A DNA stretch of 64,000 bases from an uncultured Fibrobacterota bacterium (GCA_963753345.1 CAVWBU010000040.1:29117-93116), one strand, 5' to 3'; positions 28,835-38,681 are shown, numbered from the stretch's first letter. Program-made: numbers and translations. The notes: generated by a model not told the origin, from the letters alone.

Positions 28835-31800
28835 TTACTCTCCTGCCCTGTCCATGAGCAGCAGAATCCGGGCCGGGCGTCCTTTTCCGCCTCCATCAAC
28901 GCGCCTTGCATTTATGTGGAACGGGTGCCTGCCCGCCAGGGGGACCTCGATGGAAAGGTCAAGGTTCTTTATCGGGGAAGCCTCGCCGCTCACGGCATCG
29001 GCCAGCCATTTCCGCGCCTCGGGCGCGTTCCACGGTTCGCCCATGAGCTCGAAAACCGTTCTACCTTCGGCCAGTTTCGCGGAAACATGGAAAAGGCCGT
29101 ACCAGCTTGCATTGGCCTGGACAATGCGCAAGTCTTCGTCGAGCACGATCATGGGCTCGCGCATGGACGAGAAGATGCTCTCGAACAGTTCGCGGGCCTC
29201 GCGTCCGGCCGTTTCGGCCAGCTTGACGCGGCCGATGTCCACGAACGTGACCACCAGGCCGTCGATGACGTTACTCGCGGTGCGATAGGGCATGATGCGC
29301 ATCTGGTAACAGGCATTGTCTTTGGTATACACCTCGGCTTCCTTGAAAATGAGCGTTTCGAGCACCTCCCGTGCGTCGCGCTCGAACCCGTCGTACTCGA
29401 TGTTCGAGACAAGATCGCTCACCGGTCTGCCGATGTCGGTGGGAATGAGTTTGACAAGCTTCACCGCCTTGTCGGTGTAGCGCTTGATGTTGAGGTTGCT
29501 GTCCAGGAATATCGTTGCAATCTCGGTGCCGTTGAGCAGGTTCTGCATGTCGTCGTTCGTCTGTGAAAGCTCTTCCACCTTTTTCTGAAGCTCCGCGTTT
29601 ACGGTGGTGAGCTCCTCATTGAGCGACTGCAGTTCCTCCTTTGATGTTTCGAGCTCCTCGTTGGCGCTCTGCATTTCCTCGTTTGTCGACTGCAATTCCT
29701 CGTTGGTGGATTTCAGCTCCTCGTTGGAAGTATCCAATTCTTCCACCGTTGTCCGCAGGGACTCCTTTGCAAATTGCAGATCGCGCTCCAGATCGGTTTC
29801 ACGGGGAACGGCGCCGGCCGGCGCGCTCTTTTTGCGGCCGGATTCTTCTCTGTGAAGCGGCGGAGCCTGCGTAAGGGTCACCAGAAGCAACCCGCGCACC
29901 GGTTCGGGGTCCCGTATCGGCGACACGGAAATATTGACATATTCATAGCCGCCGTTCGCCCGGACGCGGACACGTTCCTGCACCGCCTCCCTGTCCTGGG
30001 AGACCGCGGACCTTACGGCCGAGGCGAGGAATGTCTTGAGGCCCTCGCGCGCCATGTCAAAAATATTGAGCCGCGGCTGACCGGTTCCCGGTTCGAGAAA
30101 GGAGCCGGTGCGGCCGTGGATATACACGATGTCGCCGTGCGGGTCGATCACCACGCACGGAGGCGCGAAGCGTGCGAGCAGCAGTTTCTCCACCACCGCG
30201 GGAATCCGGTCCTTCCTCGGGGAATGGACGGGCGGCGCGAGCGCCGCTTGTCCGGCGTCACGGCCCGGCGGTTCCGCCGGCATGTCGGGCGGTTCCCTGC
30301 CGTCCGCTGTTTCCCTGCGCCTGTAGATTTTCCATTTCTTGTCGACCGTCTCGAAAAGCGCGGAGCTGTCGCCCACGGTTTCCGAAGGGCCCAGAAGCAA
30401 AACGCCGTGCGGCCTGAGGGCATAGTGGAAAATAGGAAGCAGCCGTTTTTGCAAATCGGCATTGAGGTAAATGAGGAGGTTGCGGCACGAGAGCATGTCG
30501 AGCTTTGTAAAGGGAGGGTCCTTGATCACGTTCTGCGGCGCGAAGACGACCATCTCCCGGATTTCCTTCCGGATGCGGTAGATGGGGCCTTCCTTTACAA
30601 AAAAGCGTTCCAGCCGCCGGGGAGACACATCCGCCGCGATACCCGCCGGATAGCGCCCCGTGCGCGCGGTCTCGATGGCTTCGGCGTCGAGGTCGGTGGC
30701 GAAAATCTGCACGGGATGGGGCTTGTTCAACTTCTCGAGGCATTCACGCACCAGCATCGCAATGGTGTAGGCCTCTTCGCCGGTGCTGCACCCGGGTACC
30801 CACACGCGGATGGGGTAATCGTCGGGACGGGACCCAATGAGTTCGGGCAAGACATTTTCGGCCAGGGCGGCGAAGGATTCCGGATCGCGGAAAAAAGAGG
30901 TGACGCTGATAAGCAGCTCCTTGAACAGAACGTTGATTTCGAGCGGGTTTTCCTGCAGGAAGCGCACGTACTGTTCCGGCCGGGATATCCGGTGCACGTT
31001 CATCCTGCGCTCGATGCGCCTGCGGAGCGTGCTCATTTTGTACGACGAAAAATCGTGGCCGAGGCGCGAGCGCAGCAAAACAAAGATTTTTTGCAGCGGC
31101 CGTTCCATTTTCCGAGGAACATCCACGGGCCCGGCGAGCGGGCGCACAAGGTTCATCCCCTTGACATAGGCGACAAGCCGGTCCGGCATGGCCGAGGGCG
31201 GCACGACGTAGTCCGCGATCGACGTGCCGATGGCGCTCATGGGCATGCCCGCATACCGCGCCGACCCCACATCCTGTACCATCGCCATTCCGCCTTCGCC
31301 CTTTATCGCCTTGAGGCCAAGGGTGCCGTCGGAGCCTGTGCCGGACAGCACGACGCATATCGCCCGTTCTTTCCGGTCCTGAGCCAGCGAGCGGAAGAAG
31401 AAGTCGATGGGGAGCGGCGGCATTTCCTTGGCGGGCACTTCCATGAGTTGGAGGGTGGCGTCCATGATTGCCAGATAGGCCCCCGGCGGTGCGACATACA
31501 CATGGTCCGGCTCCACGAGCGCGCCGTCCTTGGCCTGCACGACCGGTATTCTGGTTTCTTTTCCCAACAACTCGGGAAGAAGGCTCGTATGCCCCGGGTG
31601 CTGATGGGTAACCACGATATATGCCATCCCGGTATCGGGAGGCAGGCCTTTGAAAAGATCACAAAGGGCCTCGAGACCGCCTGCCGATGCGCCGATGCCA
31701 ACCACGGGAAAGCCCTTTTCCGGGGCCGGAGAAGGTGCGACGATCGTTCTGCTTTGTGAAGATGAGACCGAACCGCGTTTCTTCTTCGCTGCGGGCTTCC

Positions 31801-31861
31801 GCGGCCGCGCCGTCTTTCGTAATTGTATCATTGCCCGACTCCTGGATAACGAGTCCGCCAT
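28835..31861 (-). CDS. CheB/CheR fusion protein with coiled coil and PAS domains
   Basis: GIGASAGGLEA, LSGTGSDG (CheB); ISVTSFFRD, GCSTGEE, SCRNLLIY (CheR); EELQSTNEE repeats; PAS. Confidence 0.95.
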   Translation of the reverse strand: MADSLSRSRAMIQLRKTARPRKPAAKKKRGSVSSSQSRTIVAPSPAPEKGFPVVGIGASAGGLEALCDLFKGLPPDTGMAYIVVTHQHPGHTSLLPELLGKETRIPVVQAKDGALVEPDHVYVAPPGAYLAIMDATLQLMEVPAKEMPPLPIDFFFRSLAQDRKERAICVVLSGTGSDGTLGLKAIKGEGGMAMVQDVGSARYAGMPMSAIGTSIADYVVPPSAMPDRLVAYVKGMNLVRPLAGPVDVPRKMERPLQKIFVLLRSRLGHDFSSYKMSTLRRRIERRMNVHRISRPEQYVRFLQENPLEINVLFKELLISVTSFFRDPESFAALAENVLPELIGSRPDDYPIRVWVPGCSTGEEAYTIAMLVRECLEKLNKPHPVQIFATDLDAEAIETARTGRYPAGIAADVSPRRLERFFVKEGPIYRIRKEIREMVVFAPQNVIKDPPFTKLDMLSCRNLLIYLNADLQKRLLPIFHYALRPHGVLLLGPSETVGDSSALFETVDKKWKIYRRRETADGREPPDMPAEPPGRDAGQAALAPPVHSPRKDRIPAVVEKLLLARFAPPCVVIDPHGDIVYIHGRTGSFLEPGTGQPRLNIFDMAREGLKTFLASAVRSAVSQDREAVQERVRVRANGGYEYVNISVSPIRDPEPVRGLLLVTLTQAPPLHREESGRKKSAPAGAVPRETDLERDLQFAKESLRTTVEELDTSNEELKSTNEELQSTNEEMQSANEELETSKEELQSLNEELTTVNAELQKKVEELSQTNDDMQNLLNGTEIATIFLDSNLNIKRYTDKAVKLVKLIPTDIGRPVSDLVSNIEYDGFERDAREVLETLIFKEAEVYTKDNACYQMRIMPYRTASNVIDGLVVTFVDIGRVKLAETAGREARELFESIFSSMREPMIVLDEDLRIVQANASWYGLFHVSAKLAEGRTVFELMGEPWNAPEARKWLADAVSGEASPIKNLDLSIEVPLAGRHPFHINARRVDGGGKGRPARILLLMDRAGE

Positions 31862-31956
31862 GGCCGTCGTATGGAAAAAACTACTATAATATTTCCTCCC
31901 GTCAAACCGTTTTCCCCGGACGAAACGTTTCCGGGCATTCCCGAACCTTCAAGCAA

Positions 31957-33462
31957 TCAAGGAAGGACCCCGCACACGCAAAAATGCCCCACGCCTTCCG
32001 GACACACCGTCATCCGGCCCTCGCCCCCCGCCTGTTGCACGATGGCCGCCATTTCACCCATTGTAAATCCGCGCCGGATGGACAAGAGGCCGTCATACAG
32101 AGTGAAGCCGGTCCGGAAAAACAGCGTGGCAAGAATCCGAAACCCGAAATAGGCGCGCATCTTCCGCAGAAGGTCGATCGCCACAAACCCGAACCGCGAC
32201 GCCTCGCGCATGTTCTTGAGAACCGCCGTTACCTGGCTTTCGTCAAGGTGGTGCAGCATGTGGTTGGACACGGAGTAGTCGACGCTGTTCCTTTTGAGGC
32301 ACCCCGCAGCCGCGTCCGCGCATATCACGCGGGCAAACGGATCATTTCCAACCCTGTCTTTGAGAAACCGCGCCACGCGCCAGTCGGCGTCGACATACAG
32401 CACCGTCGCGGCAATGCCGCGGCGCCGGAGCCTTCGCGAGCACCATTGCCCGATATCGCCGCCACCCGCACCCAGTTCGCACAAGAGCACTTTTTTCAAC
32501 CGCTTTTTCCGTGTATCGGCGAGAACAGTTTTCTCGAACACTCTCCTGAACGGCGACACAGCAAGATTGACTAACCGGAAAGCATGCAGCGTGCGATGAA
32601 GGTCTGCCTGCTCCGACTCCCGATCGTCCATAAGCTCCTTTTCCCGCGAGCGGACCGACAGGTCGGGCAGCCACGGCCGCGGTGTGCGAGCAGCGCCGGC
32701 CGTCAGCCCGGATGCAAGAGAGGCATCGCAGCCCGGACGCGAAAGAGCCCCGGCCTTTTTGAGAAGCAGAATTTCGATCAACCCGAACATCCGACGTTCC
32801 GAAGCCTCCACGCTAAACCCGGTTTGCCTGCACAGCGCGTGCAGCGAGGTCGTGTCCGGATAGGCGGCAAGGCTGTCCGCTATGTAACCATAAACCCGCG
32901 GGCTTCCGTGCAAAAGCAGCCCCCACAAGAGGCCCCAGGCCTTGAGCACGATGTGTTGACAAAACGCGATTGCCGGCAGCGGCGAGCGGGAGAATTCGAG
33001 AAACACGGCGGAGGCTCCCGGTTGCATTACCCGGTAAAATTCCGCAAGAGCAACCGGCAGGTCAGGCGCGTTGCGCAATGCATACCCGCCGCACACAATT
33101 GCAGCGGACGAATCGGCCAGGCCGAGCCTTGACATATCCTGTATCGTGAGTGCCGCGGCAGGGCCGAGCCTGGCGGAGGCGGCACGGGCCATGGCGGGCG
33201 TCAGGTCCGCGGCGATGCATCGTCGGCGGCCGTAGCGCCGGGAGAGGAGCAGGGCCAGATCGCCGCTGCCGCTCGCAACATCCACCACGGCGCCGCCGGG
33301 AATGTCGCGGGGCAGCAGCGCGATGGCGCGGCGCTTCCATGCAGAATCCCTGCCCAGCGAAAGCACCCGGGTGGCAATGGCATATTTGGGCGCCACCACA
33401 TCGAACAACGACCGGTTGTAGTCCCGTTTCGATTCCGGCGTGGCAAGGAACGAAGTGGGCAT
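31957..33462 (-). CDS. Fusion of a UbiE/MenG-like methyltransferase and a second SAM-dependent methyltransferase
   Basis: N-half: FDVVAPKY, SLGRDSAWK, DVASGSGD, ALRN, LEFS, YIADS; C-half: RSREKELMDD, ELGAGGGD, NHMLHHL, DGLLSIRRGFT. Confidence 0.88.
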   Translation of the reverse strand: MPTSFLATPESKRDYNRSLFDVVAPKYAIATRVLSLGRDSAWKRRAIALLPRDIPGGAVVDVASGSGDLALLLSRRYGRRRCIAADLTPAMARAASARLGPAAALTIQDMSRLGLADSSAAIVCGGYALRNAPDLPVALAEFYRVMQPGASAVFLEFSRSPLPAIAFCQHIVLKAWGLLWGLLLHGSPRVYGYIADSLAAYPDTTSLHALCRQTGFSVEASERRMFGLIEILLLKKAGALSRPGCDASLASGLTAGAARTPRPWLPDLSVRSREKELMDDRESEQADLHRTLHAFRLVNLAVSPFRRVFEKTVLADTRKKRLKKVLLCELGAGGGDIGQWCSRRLRRRGIAATVLYVDADWRVARFLKDRVGNDPFARVICADAAAGCLKRNSVDYSVSNHMLHHLDESQVTAVLKNMREASRFGFVAIDLLRKMRAYFGFRILATLFFRTGFTLYDGLLSIRRGFTMGEMAAIVQQAGGEGRMTVCPEGVGHFCVCGVLP

Positions 33463-33463
33463 G

Positions 33464-34534
33464 CTATGCCGCCCTCAGCAAGCACGCGTGCATCGAAAGC
33501 CCGGCGCCGTAGGCGGCCATAAGGCAATGCTGCCCTTTGTCAATTCCCTTTTGCATTATACGCTCCAGCACGAACAGCGCCGTGGGAGACGACATGTTGC
33601 CAAAGTCGCGCAGCACGCCGACCGAGGCCTCCTGCTGCTGCGGGGTGAGTGCGAGTTCGCGCATCAATCCGCTAAGGATCTTGTCGCCGCCCGGATGCAG
33701 CGCCCAGTGCTCGACGTTCGCTTTCGACAGGCCGCTGTCGGCGAGAAGCCGGTCGATGAGAGGTGGCACCAGGGTCGTTATCAGGCGGGGTAGCCGAGGC
33801 GTGAGGCGGTTGTGAAGCGCGCCGTTCCTGTGCACGTAACGCACGTCGTCCCTGCACTGGGGCTCGTATGCTCCGCGAACATCGACGATGCCCAGGCCCT
33901 GCGGCCGGTCCCACACCACGGCTGCCGCGGCCCCGTCGCCGAAGATCGCATTGCTCACCAGGAGCGAGGGATCGTCTCCCATTTGAAAAGTGGCGGTGCA
34001 GATCTCCACCGCCACGCACAGGGAAACCCCGCCGTGCCGCTTCACCAGCGATTCTCCCATCTGTAAATTCGGGAGCGCGCCCCCGCACCCGGAACCCACG
34101 AGATCGAAGGCCCGCACGCCCCTGTCAAGGCCGAGCTCGCCGATAAGATACGTTGAAATCCCGGGGCAGATGTACCCGGTGCACGTGTTGACGATAAGCG
34201 ACGAGACGTCCTTCGCCTGTATGCCGGCGGAATCAAGCGCCTTGCGCGCGGCCTGTGCGGCAAGCTGCACCGACCAGCGCGTGAACCGGGCAATCCGTTC
34301 GTCGGCGGATTCGGTTTTCAGGAGCGGAACTTCCGCAATATTATCAACCGCAATGTATCTTTTGTTTATTGATGGATGGCGTAGGAATTGGGCCAACAAT
34401 ACAAGACTTCGCTCCTGTAAGACTGTTGCGTAATGTTCGCGCGATAGCGCAAGGGCCTGTTCCTGGGTCACCGCACAGGGCGGCGTTGCCGTACCCACCG
34501 CGGCGATGAATGAAGCGGGAGTTTCCGGTTTCAT
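33464..34534 (-). CDS. Type III polyketide synthase (chalcone-synthase-like)
   Basis: Catalytic Cys (GSGCGG), His (LHPGG), Asn (GNMSS); VEICT, FGDGAAA; likely start MKPETP at 34534. Confidence 0.95.
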   Translation of the reverse strand: MKPETPASFIAAVGTATPPCAVTQEQALALSREHYATVLQERSLVLLAQFLRHPSINKRYIAVDNIAEVPLLKTESADERIARFTRWSVQLAAQAARKALDSAGIQAKDVSSLIVNTCTGYICPGISTYLIGELGLDRGVRAFDLVGSGCGGALPNLQMGESLVKRHGGVSLCVAVEICTATFQMGDDPSLLVSNAIFGDGAAAAVVWDRPQGLGIVDVRGAYEPQCRDDVRYVHRNGALHNRLTPRLPRLITTLVPPLIDRLLADSGLSKANVEHWALHPGGDKILSGLMRELALTPQQQEASVGVLRDFGNMSSPTALFVLERIMQKGIDKGQHCLMAAYGAGLSMHACLLRAA

Positions 34535-34633
34535 CACGAACAAACCGCCTTTCTTGGGTAGCCATGCGGAAGACAACATCCGTTGCGAACAGTCGCCGTT
34601 GCGGCACAATAACCTTTTATCAAGGAGCTTGAC

Positions 34634-34918
34634 ATGACGACATCGCCCATCGAGCAGCGCGTTGCAAAGGTCATCGCCGACGTTCTCAAGGTCGCACCCG
34701 ACCGCATCGTGAGCGGCGCGCGCCTTAAGGAGGACCTCGGGGCCGACTCGCTCGACCAGGTGAGCCTGATGATGGACCTGGAACGGGAATTCGACGGTTC
34801 GATTAGCGACGAAGACGCGAAGAAAGCGGCGACCGTGGGCGATATCGTCGTCCTCATCACCGCGCTGGCGGCCGCCAAGCTTGCGGCGCGGGAGCGCGCC
34901 GTTTCCCCGTTGTCTTGA
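34634..34918 (+). CDS. Acyl carrier protein
   Basis: DLGADSLD phosphopantetheine site; TVGDIV; AAGGAG RBS. Confidence 0.92.
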   Translation: MTTSPIEQRVAKVIADVLKVAPDRIVSGARLKEDLGADSLDQVSLMMDLEREFDGSISDEDAKKAATVGDIVVLITALAAAKLAARERAVSPLS

Positions 34919-34948
34919 CAAATAATAACAACCGTCCCTTTCGACATT

Positions 34949-36271
34949 ATGAAACGAAGAGTCGTCATTTCCGGCATCGGCGTCATCGCCCCCAACGGCG
35001 TCACCACCGAGGCGTTCTGGCAGGCATGCCTTTCTGGCGCGGCATCCGTCGCCTCCATCCCGGCCCACTGGCGAGAATATGCGGAGTACGGGTCGACGCT
35101 CTGGGCGCCGCTCCCGGCCGTCGACTTCTCGAGCTTCCGTATCTCCCGGATCGAGCAGATGCAGCAGGACAAAATCGCCCTCATGGCGATGGCGACCGCC
35201 GAACAGGCGCTGGCCATGGCCGGCATTGCTCCGGAATTACGCGACGAAAAAAAGAACACCTACACACTCCCTTTTCCAGATCCGGCCAGAGGCGGCGTCT
35301 CCATAGGCACCGGCGTCGGCGGCATCGTCAGCTACACCCAAAACCAGAGTAACCATATCCAAGCGCCGCTTGCTCCTTTTGTAACCTCGGAGGTGAAGCA
35401 ACGCCTGCTCCGCTATCCCGCCCGTTTTCATCCGTTCGCCGTGTCCATGACAATGCCCAATTCCGCCTCTGCGGCCCTGGGAATACGGTACGGCCTCACT
35501 GGCCCCAACAACACCTTCTGCAACGCCTGCGCCGCAGGCCTCGTTGCGATCGGTCATGCATATTCCGCTATCGCAGACGGCGCCCTCGACTTTGCCCTGT
35601 GCGGCGGGTCCGAACACCTCGACGAAGGGTTCGGAGGAATTTTCCGCGCCTTCGACATCGCCCGGACCCTGGTCCGTGACTGCAACGATCCTGCCACAGC
35701 CAACCGCCCTTTTGACAAACGCCGCTCCGGGTTTCTGCTGGCCGAGGGCGGCTGCGCCGTGCTGTTTCTCGAAGAGCTCGAAAGTGCCCGCCGCCGAGGG
35801 TGCGCGCCCGTGGCCGAAATAAAGTCCTATGCCGAATCCTTCGACGCCCACAGCCTCATGGCGCCCGACCCGGCCGGCGCGGCCGTCTCCCGGATGATCG
35901 CCCAGGCCTGCAGCGACGCAGCCATTGACACAAGAGACATCGACTACATCAACGCCCATGCGACCGGCACCCTTCTCAACGACGATGTCGAGTCCGCGGT
36001 CATTGAAAGGATTTTCGGCGACAAGCCCCTTGTCAATGCCACAAAGTCCCTTACCGGGCATGCCATCGGCGCGTCGGGGGCCATTGAGGCGGCGGTCGCC
36101 GCGCTGAGCGTCAGGCATAAAACCACCCATGCTTGCAAAAATCTTGATGATCCGGTCCGGCCGCTTAATTTCGTCCGCTCCCCCGCTTCCTTTCCCATCA
36201 GGACCGCACTCACGCACTCGTTCGCTTTCGGCGGGCACAACGCGGCGCTCGTTCTCTCCGATGTCAATTAG
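34949..36271 (+). CDS. Beta-ketoacyl-ACP synthase (FabF-like)
   Basis: RRVVISGIG, NACAAG active Cys, RPFDKRRSG, NAHATGT, KSLTGH, SFAFGGHN. Confidence 0.93.
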   Translation: MKRRVVISGIGVIAPNGVTTEAFWQACLSGAASVASIPAHWREYAEYGSTLWAPLPAVDFSSFRISRIEQMQQDKIALMAMATAEQALAMAGIAPELRDEKKNTYTLPFPDPARGGVSIGTGVGGIVSYTQNQSNHIQAPLAPFVTSEVKQRLLRYPARFHPFAVSMTMPNSASAALGIRYGLTGPNNTFCNACAAGLVAIGHAYSAIADGALDFALCGGSEHLDEGFGGIFRAFDIARTLVRDCNDPATANRPFDKRRSGFLLAEGGCAVLFLEELESARRRGCAPVAEIKSYAESFDAHSLMAPDPAGAAVSRMIAQACSDAAIDTRDIDYINAHATGTLLNDDVESAVIERIFGDKPLVNATKSLTGHAIGASGAIEAAVAALSVRHKTTHACKNLDDPVRPLNFVRSPASFPIRTALTHSFAFGGHNAALVLSDVN

Positions 36272-36274
36272 GGT

Positions 36275-37489
36275 CTACCACAGGCTTCCGCTCACCAGAT
36301 CGCTTTCGAGGGATGCCGCCATGGAACCGGCGCTTCGCGCGTACTCCTCGTTCACCGATACGGCCTTTGCCGCCCATTTGCGGCATATCCCGCACGAATC
36401 GCATGCACCGGCCCTGCAATTGTTTCTCAGGGCTTCTTCGAGAAAGCCGTCCAGCGCGCGATTGTCGACGTACACCGGGGCCGATGTTCTGTCGAATTCC
36501 CGGGGTATCACGGTTTCGGCATACCGTTTGAACCGGAACACCGACGACAGTTTCATTAAATCTGGACGAAGGAAGGTGAAAAGCATTCTCAGCCGCTGCG
36601 AGAACGGCGCGTTCTGTTCTTTCGCGATTGAGGCGACCGGTGCGACAAGCTCCCACAGGTTGCCGTCAAACGAACCGGATGCGTACGCCTCCACCCTGCG
36701 CAACAACAAGTCCTGCGGGCAACTGCGCTCAACAAGCTTGAAATTATCATAGCCGAGCTCCCGATAGAGTCCGAGGTCTTCGGGACGGATCCATATTGAG
36801 CGGATATGCGATACCGGATCATTGAGCCGCGTGCTCGAACATTGCAGGAAACAGTAATCGAAGCAGAAGCCTCCCAACTTGTCTCCGGAGCGGGAGCTTT
36901 GCGTAAGCAAGTGCATGTGGGTTGGTTCCCAGGCGCACTGCGGCATACAGCTGGCGTTTGCAATGAGCACCAGCTCGCATCGCACCGAAGACCGGATACG
37001 TGCGAGTTGGTTAAAATCACGATTGCAGGCGATTGCGCTGATGCACAGCACATCGGCGCCCATCTGTTCCCATTGTTTCGCTTTTGCAGGTGAATCGACA
37101 AGCGCGAATGCCCCGACTTTCACCCTCATTTTGGGATGCTCTTTCTTTATTATCTTAAGCAAATAGGGCAGGCTTACCGTTACACTGTCCACCCCTGCGC
37201 CCGCAATTGCCTCGATGAAAAGCCTTACCTTTTTCTGGCCGATTCTCGTCTGTTCAAGCCCGTACAAGCCTGCGGCATTCAACAGATAATTGAATCCCAT
37301 ACCGTGGCTGTGCGCCTCCTTTACAGACCGCACAAGCGTATCGAAGCCGGCAGGCCGGAGCGTGTAGGACGATCGGCCGCCCCCGATAGGGTCCCTGGGA
37401 AGCTTGGCATAAATGTCCTTGACTTGAGGGAATACGGCGAGCTTGGGGATAAGGCCCGGTTGAAACGAATAAGGGATCGATAGATTCAT
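36275..37489 (-). CDS. U32 family Fe-S protein (putative O2-independent hydroxylase)
   Basis: GGGR, FNYLLNA, NRDF, ANASCMPQC, YCFLQC, WIRPEDL..Y..G...FKLVER; C-terminal Cys cluster. Confidence 0.85.
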   Translation of the reverse strand: MNLSIPYSFQPGLIPKLAVFPQVKDIYAKLPRDPIGGGRSSYTLRPAGFDTLVRSVKEAHSHGMGFNYLLNAAGLYGLEQTRIGQKKVRLFIEAIAGAGVDSVTVSLPYLLKIIKKEHPKMRVKVGAFALVDSPAKAKQWEQMGADVLCISAIACNRDFNQLARIRSSVRCELVLIANASCMPQCAWEPTHMHLLTQSSRSGDKLGGFCFDYCFLQCSSTRLNDPVSHIRSIWIRPEDLGLYRELGYDNFKLVERSCPQDLLLRRVEAYASGSFDGNLWELVAPVASIAKEQNAPFSQRLRMLFTFLRPDLMKLSSVFRFKRYAETVIPREFDRTSAPVYVDNRALDGFLEEALRNNCRAGACDSCGICRKWAAKAVSVNEEYARSAGSMAASLESDLVSGSLW

Positions 37490-37754
37490 GATGGTGAAAA
37501 AAGGTTACTCCCTACGTGGATTTGCGTTCAATGTACCAGAATTCGCGTCACTACGTGCCTTTTAACGATGGGAAACCGTTCGATAAATATTGGGCGAGTG
37601 CCGGTTCTTCTCGAAAACGCAAAACATGTGCCATCGGTTCCTTGTTACGTATTGGATGGGGCAAAACGGAACGGCCTTGATATTTTCCAGCGACAACTGG
37701 CAGTATCAAGGAAGATACACTATTTCTCTCGATAGGACATGACCAAACTTGGTT

Positions 37755-37792
37755 TTGCCATTTCTGCAAAATTCTTTTCCGAATTCTGAGAA
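37755..37792. promoter_or_regulatory. Tandem palindromic upstream activator sites
   Basis: TTGCCA-TTTC-TGCAAA (37755-37770) and TTCCGA-ATTC-TGAGAA (37777-37792), 22 bp apart. Confidence 0.55.
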
Positions 37793-37883
37793 CTACCCCT
37801 GCGGGCCGAGAGAATTGCACGAATTGCAACGCCCAGCCTATGAGAGGATATGGTGGCCCCGATTTCTCATTTTGGTCTCCCGT

Positions 37884-37898
37884 TGGCATTGTTATTGC
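37884..37898 (+). promoter_or_regulatory. Sigma-54 -24/-12 promoter for bfr
   Basis: TGGCAT-TGTTA-TTGC. Confidence 0.75.
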
Positions 37899-38053
37899 GA
37901 AATCTTAGGCTCATAAACTCCATCGCAACAAATAGGCACGCCACGATTGGGATGAGAATGATATTGACGCCGCAAAGTGAGGATTGCGAAATCCGGAAAC
38001 TTTTCCCAACAATAATTGTGTACACTCACCGTCTCCCATAAAAGGAGGTTGAA

Positions 38054-38524
38054 ATGAAAGGCAACGTCAAACTGATCGAGGTCCTCAATTCCCTGCTCGC
38101 CGACGAGCTCACCGCCATCAATCAATACATGGTCCATGCCGAGATGTGCGAGAACTGGGGATATCAAAGACTGCACGGCCATTTTCAAAAGCGTGCGGTC
38201 GACGAAATGAAGCACGCGGAAAAACTCATCGGCCGCATCCTTTTTCTTGAGGGTACGCCCACGGTGTCCGAATACCGGAAGATCATCATCGGGTCCGAAG
38301 TTCCGAAGCAGCTTGACAACGACCACAGCCTTGAAATGGGCGCGATCAAATCGTACAACGATGCCATCAAATTTGCCGGCGACGCGGGGGATTTTGCCAC
38401 CCGCGAAATCCTGGAGTCCATTCTGCAGGACGAAGACCGTCATATCGACGGCATTGAGGAACTGCATGACCAGATCAAACAGATCGGCCTGCCGGTGTTC
38501 CTATCGGCCCAGATAAAGGAGTGA
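38054..38524 (+). CDS. bfr: Bacterioferritin
   Basis: MKG, ELTAINQY..H, DEMKHAE heme Met, RILFLEG, DEDRHID; AAGGAGG RBS. Confidence 0.96.
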   Translation: MKGNVKLIEVLNSLLADELTAINQYMVHAEMCENWGYQRLHGHFQKRAVDEMKHAEKLIGRILFLEGTPTVSEYRKIIIGSEVPKQLDNDHSLEMGAIKSYNDAIKFAGDAGDFATREILESILQDEDRHIDGIEELHDQIKQIGLPVFLSAQIKE

Positions 38525-38550
38525 TCGAACCGGTTTCCGGAAATCGTATA

Positions 38551-38668
38551 ATTGAAGAACCCCGCCCCAAATGGCGGGGATTCTTCCATAGCTAAGGAAA
38601 TAGAATAATAAATATTCGCCCGCTAACCCCGCGCCAAGTCGCGGGGAATGCGCGGGCTGTGCTATTCA
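38551..38668 (+). repeat. Dispersed palindromic (MITE/REP-like) element, copy B (118 bp)
   Basis: Near-identical to 4081-4240 without the 42-bp insert. Confidence 0.9.
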
Positions 38669-38681
38669 CAAAGGATAAATT

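Noticed and set aside
29580-29760. DNA tandem repeat inside cheBR
   Set aside because: Reflects the normal EELQSTNEE coiled-coil heptads of CheBR proteins
34535-35068. 178-aa N-terminal extension of the type III PKS in the ORF track
   Set aside because: It is the antisense of the ACP and ketosynthase genes; PKS similarity starts at MKPETP (34534)
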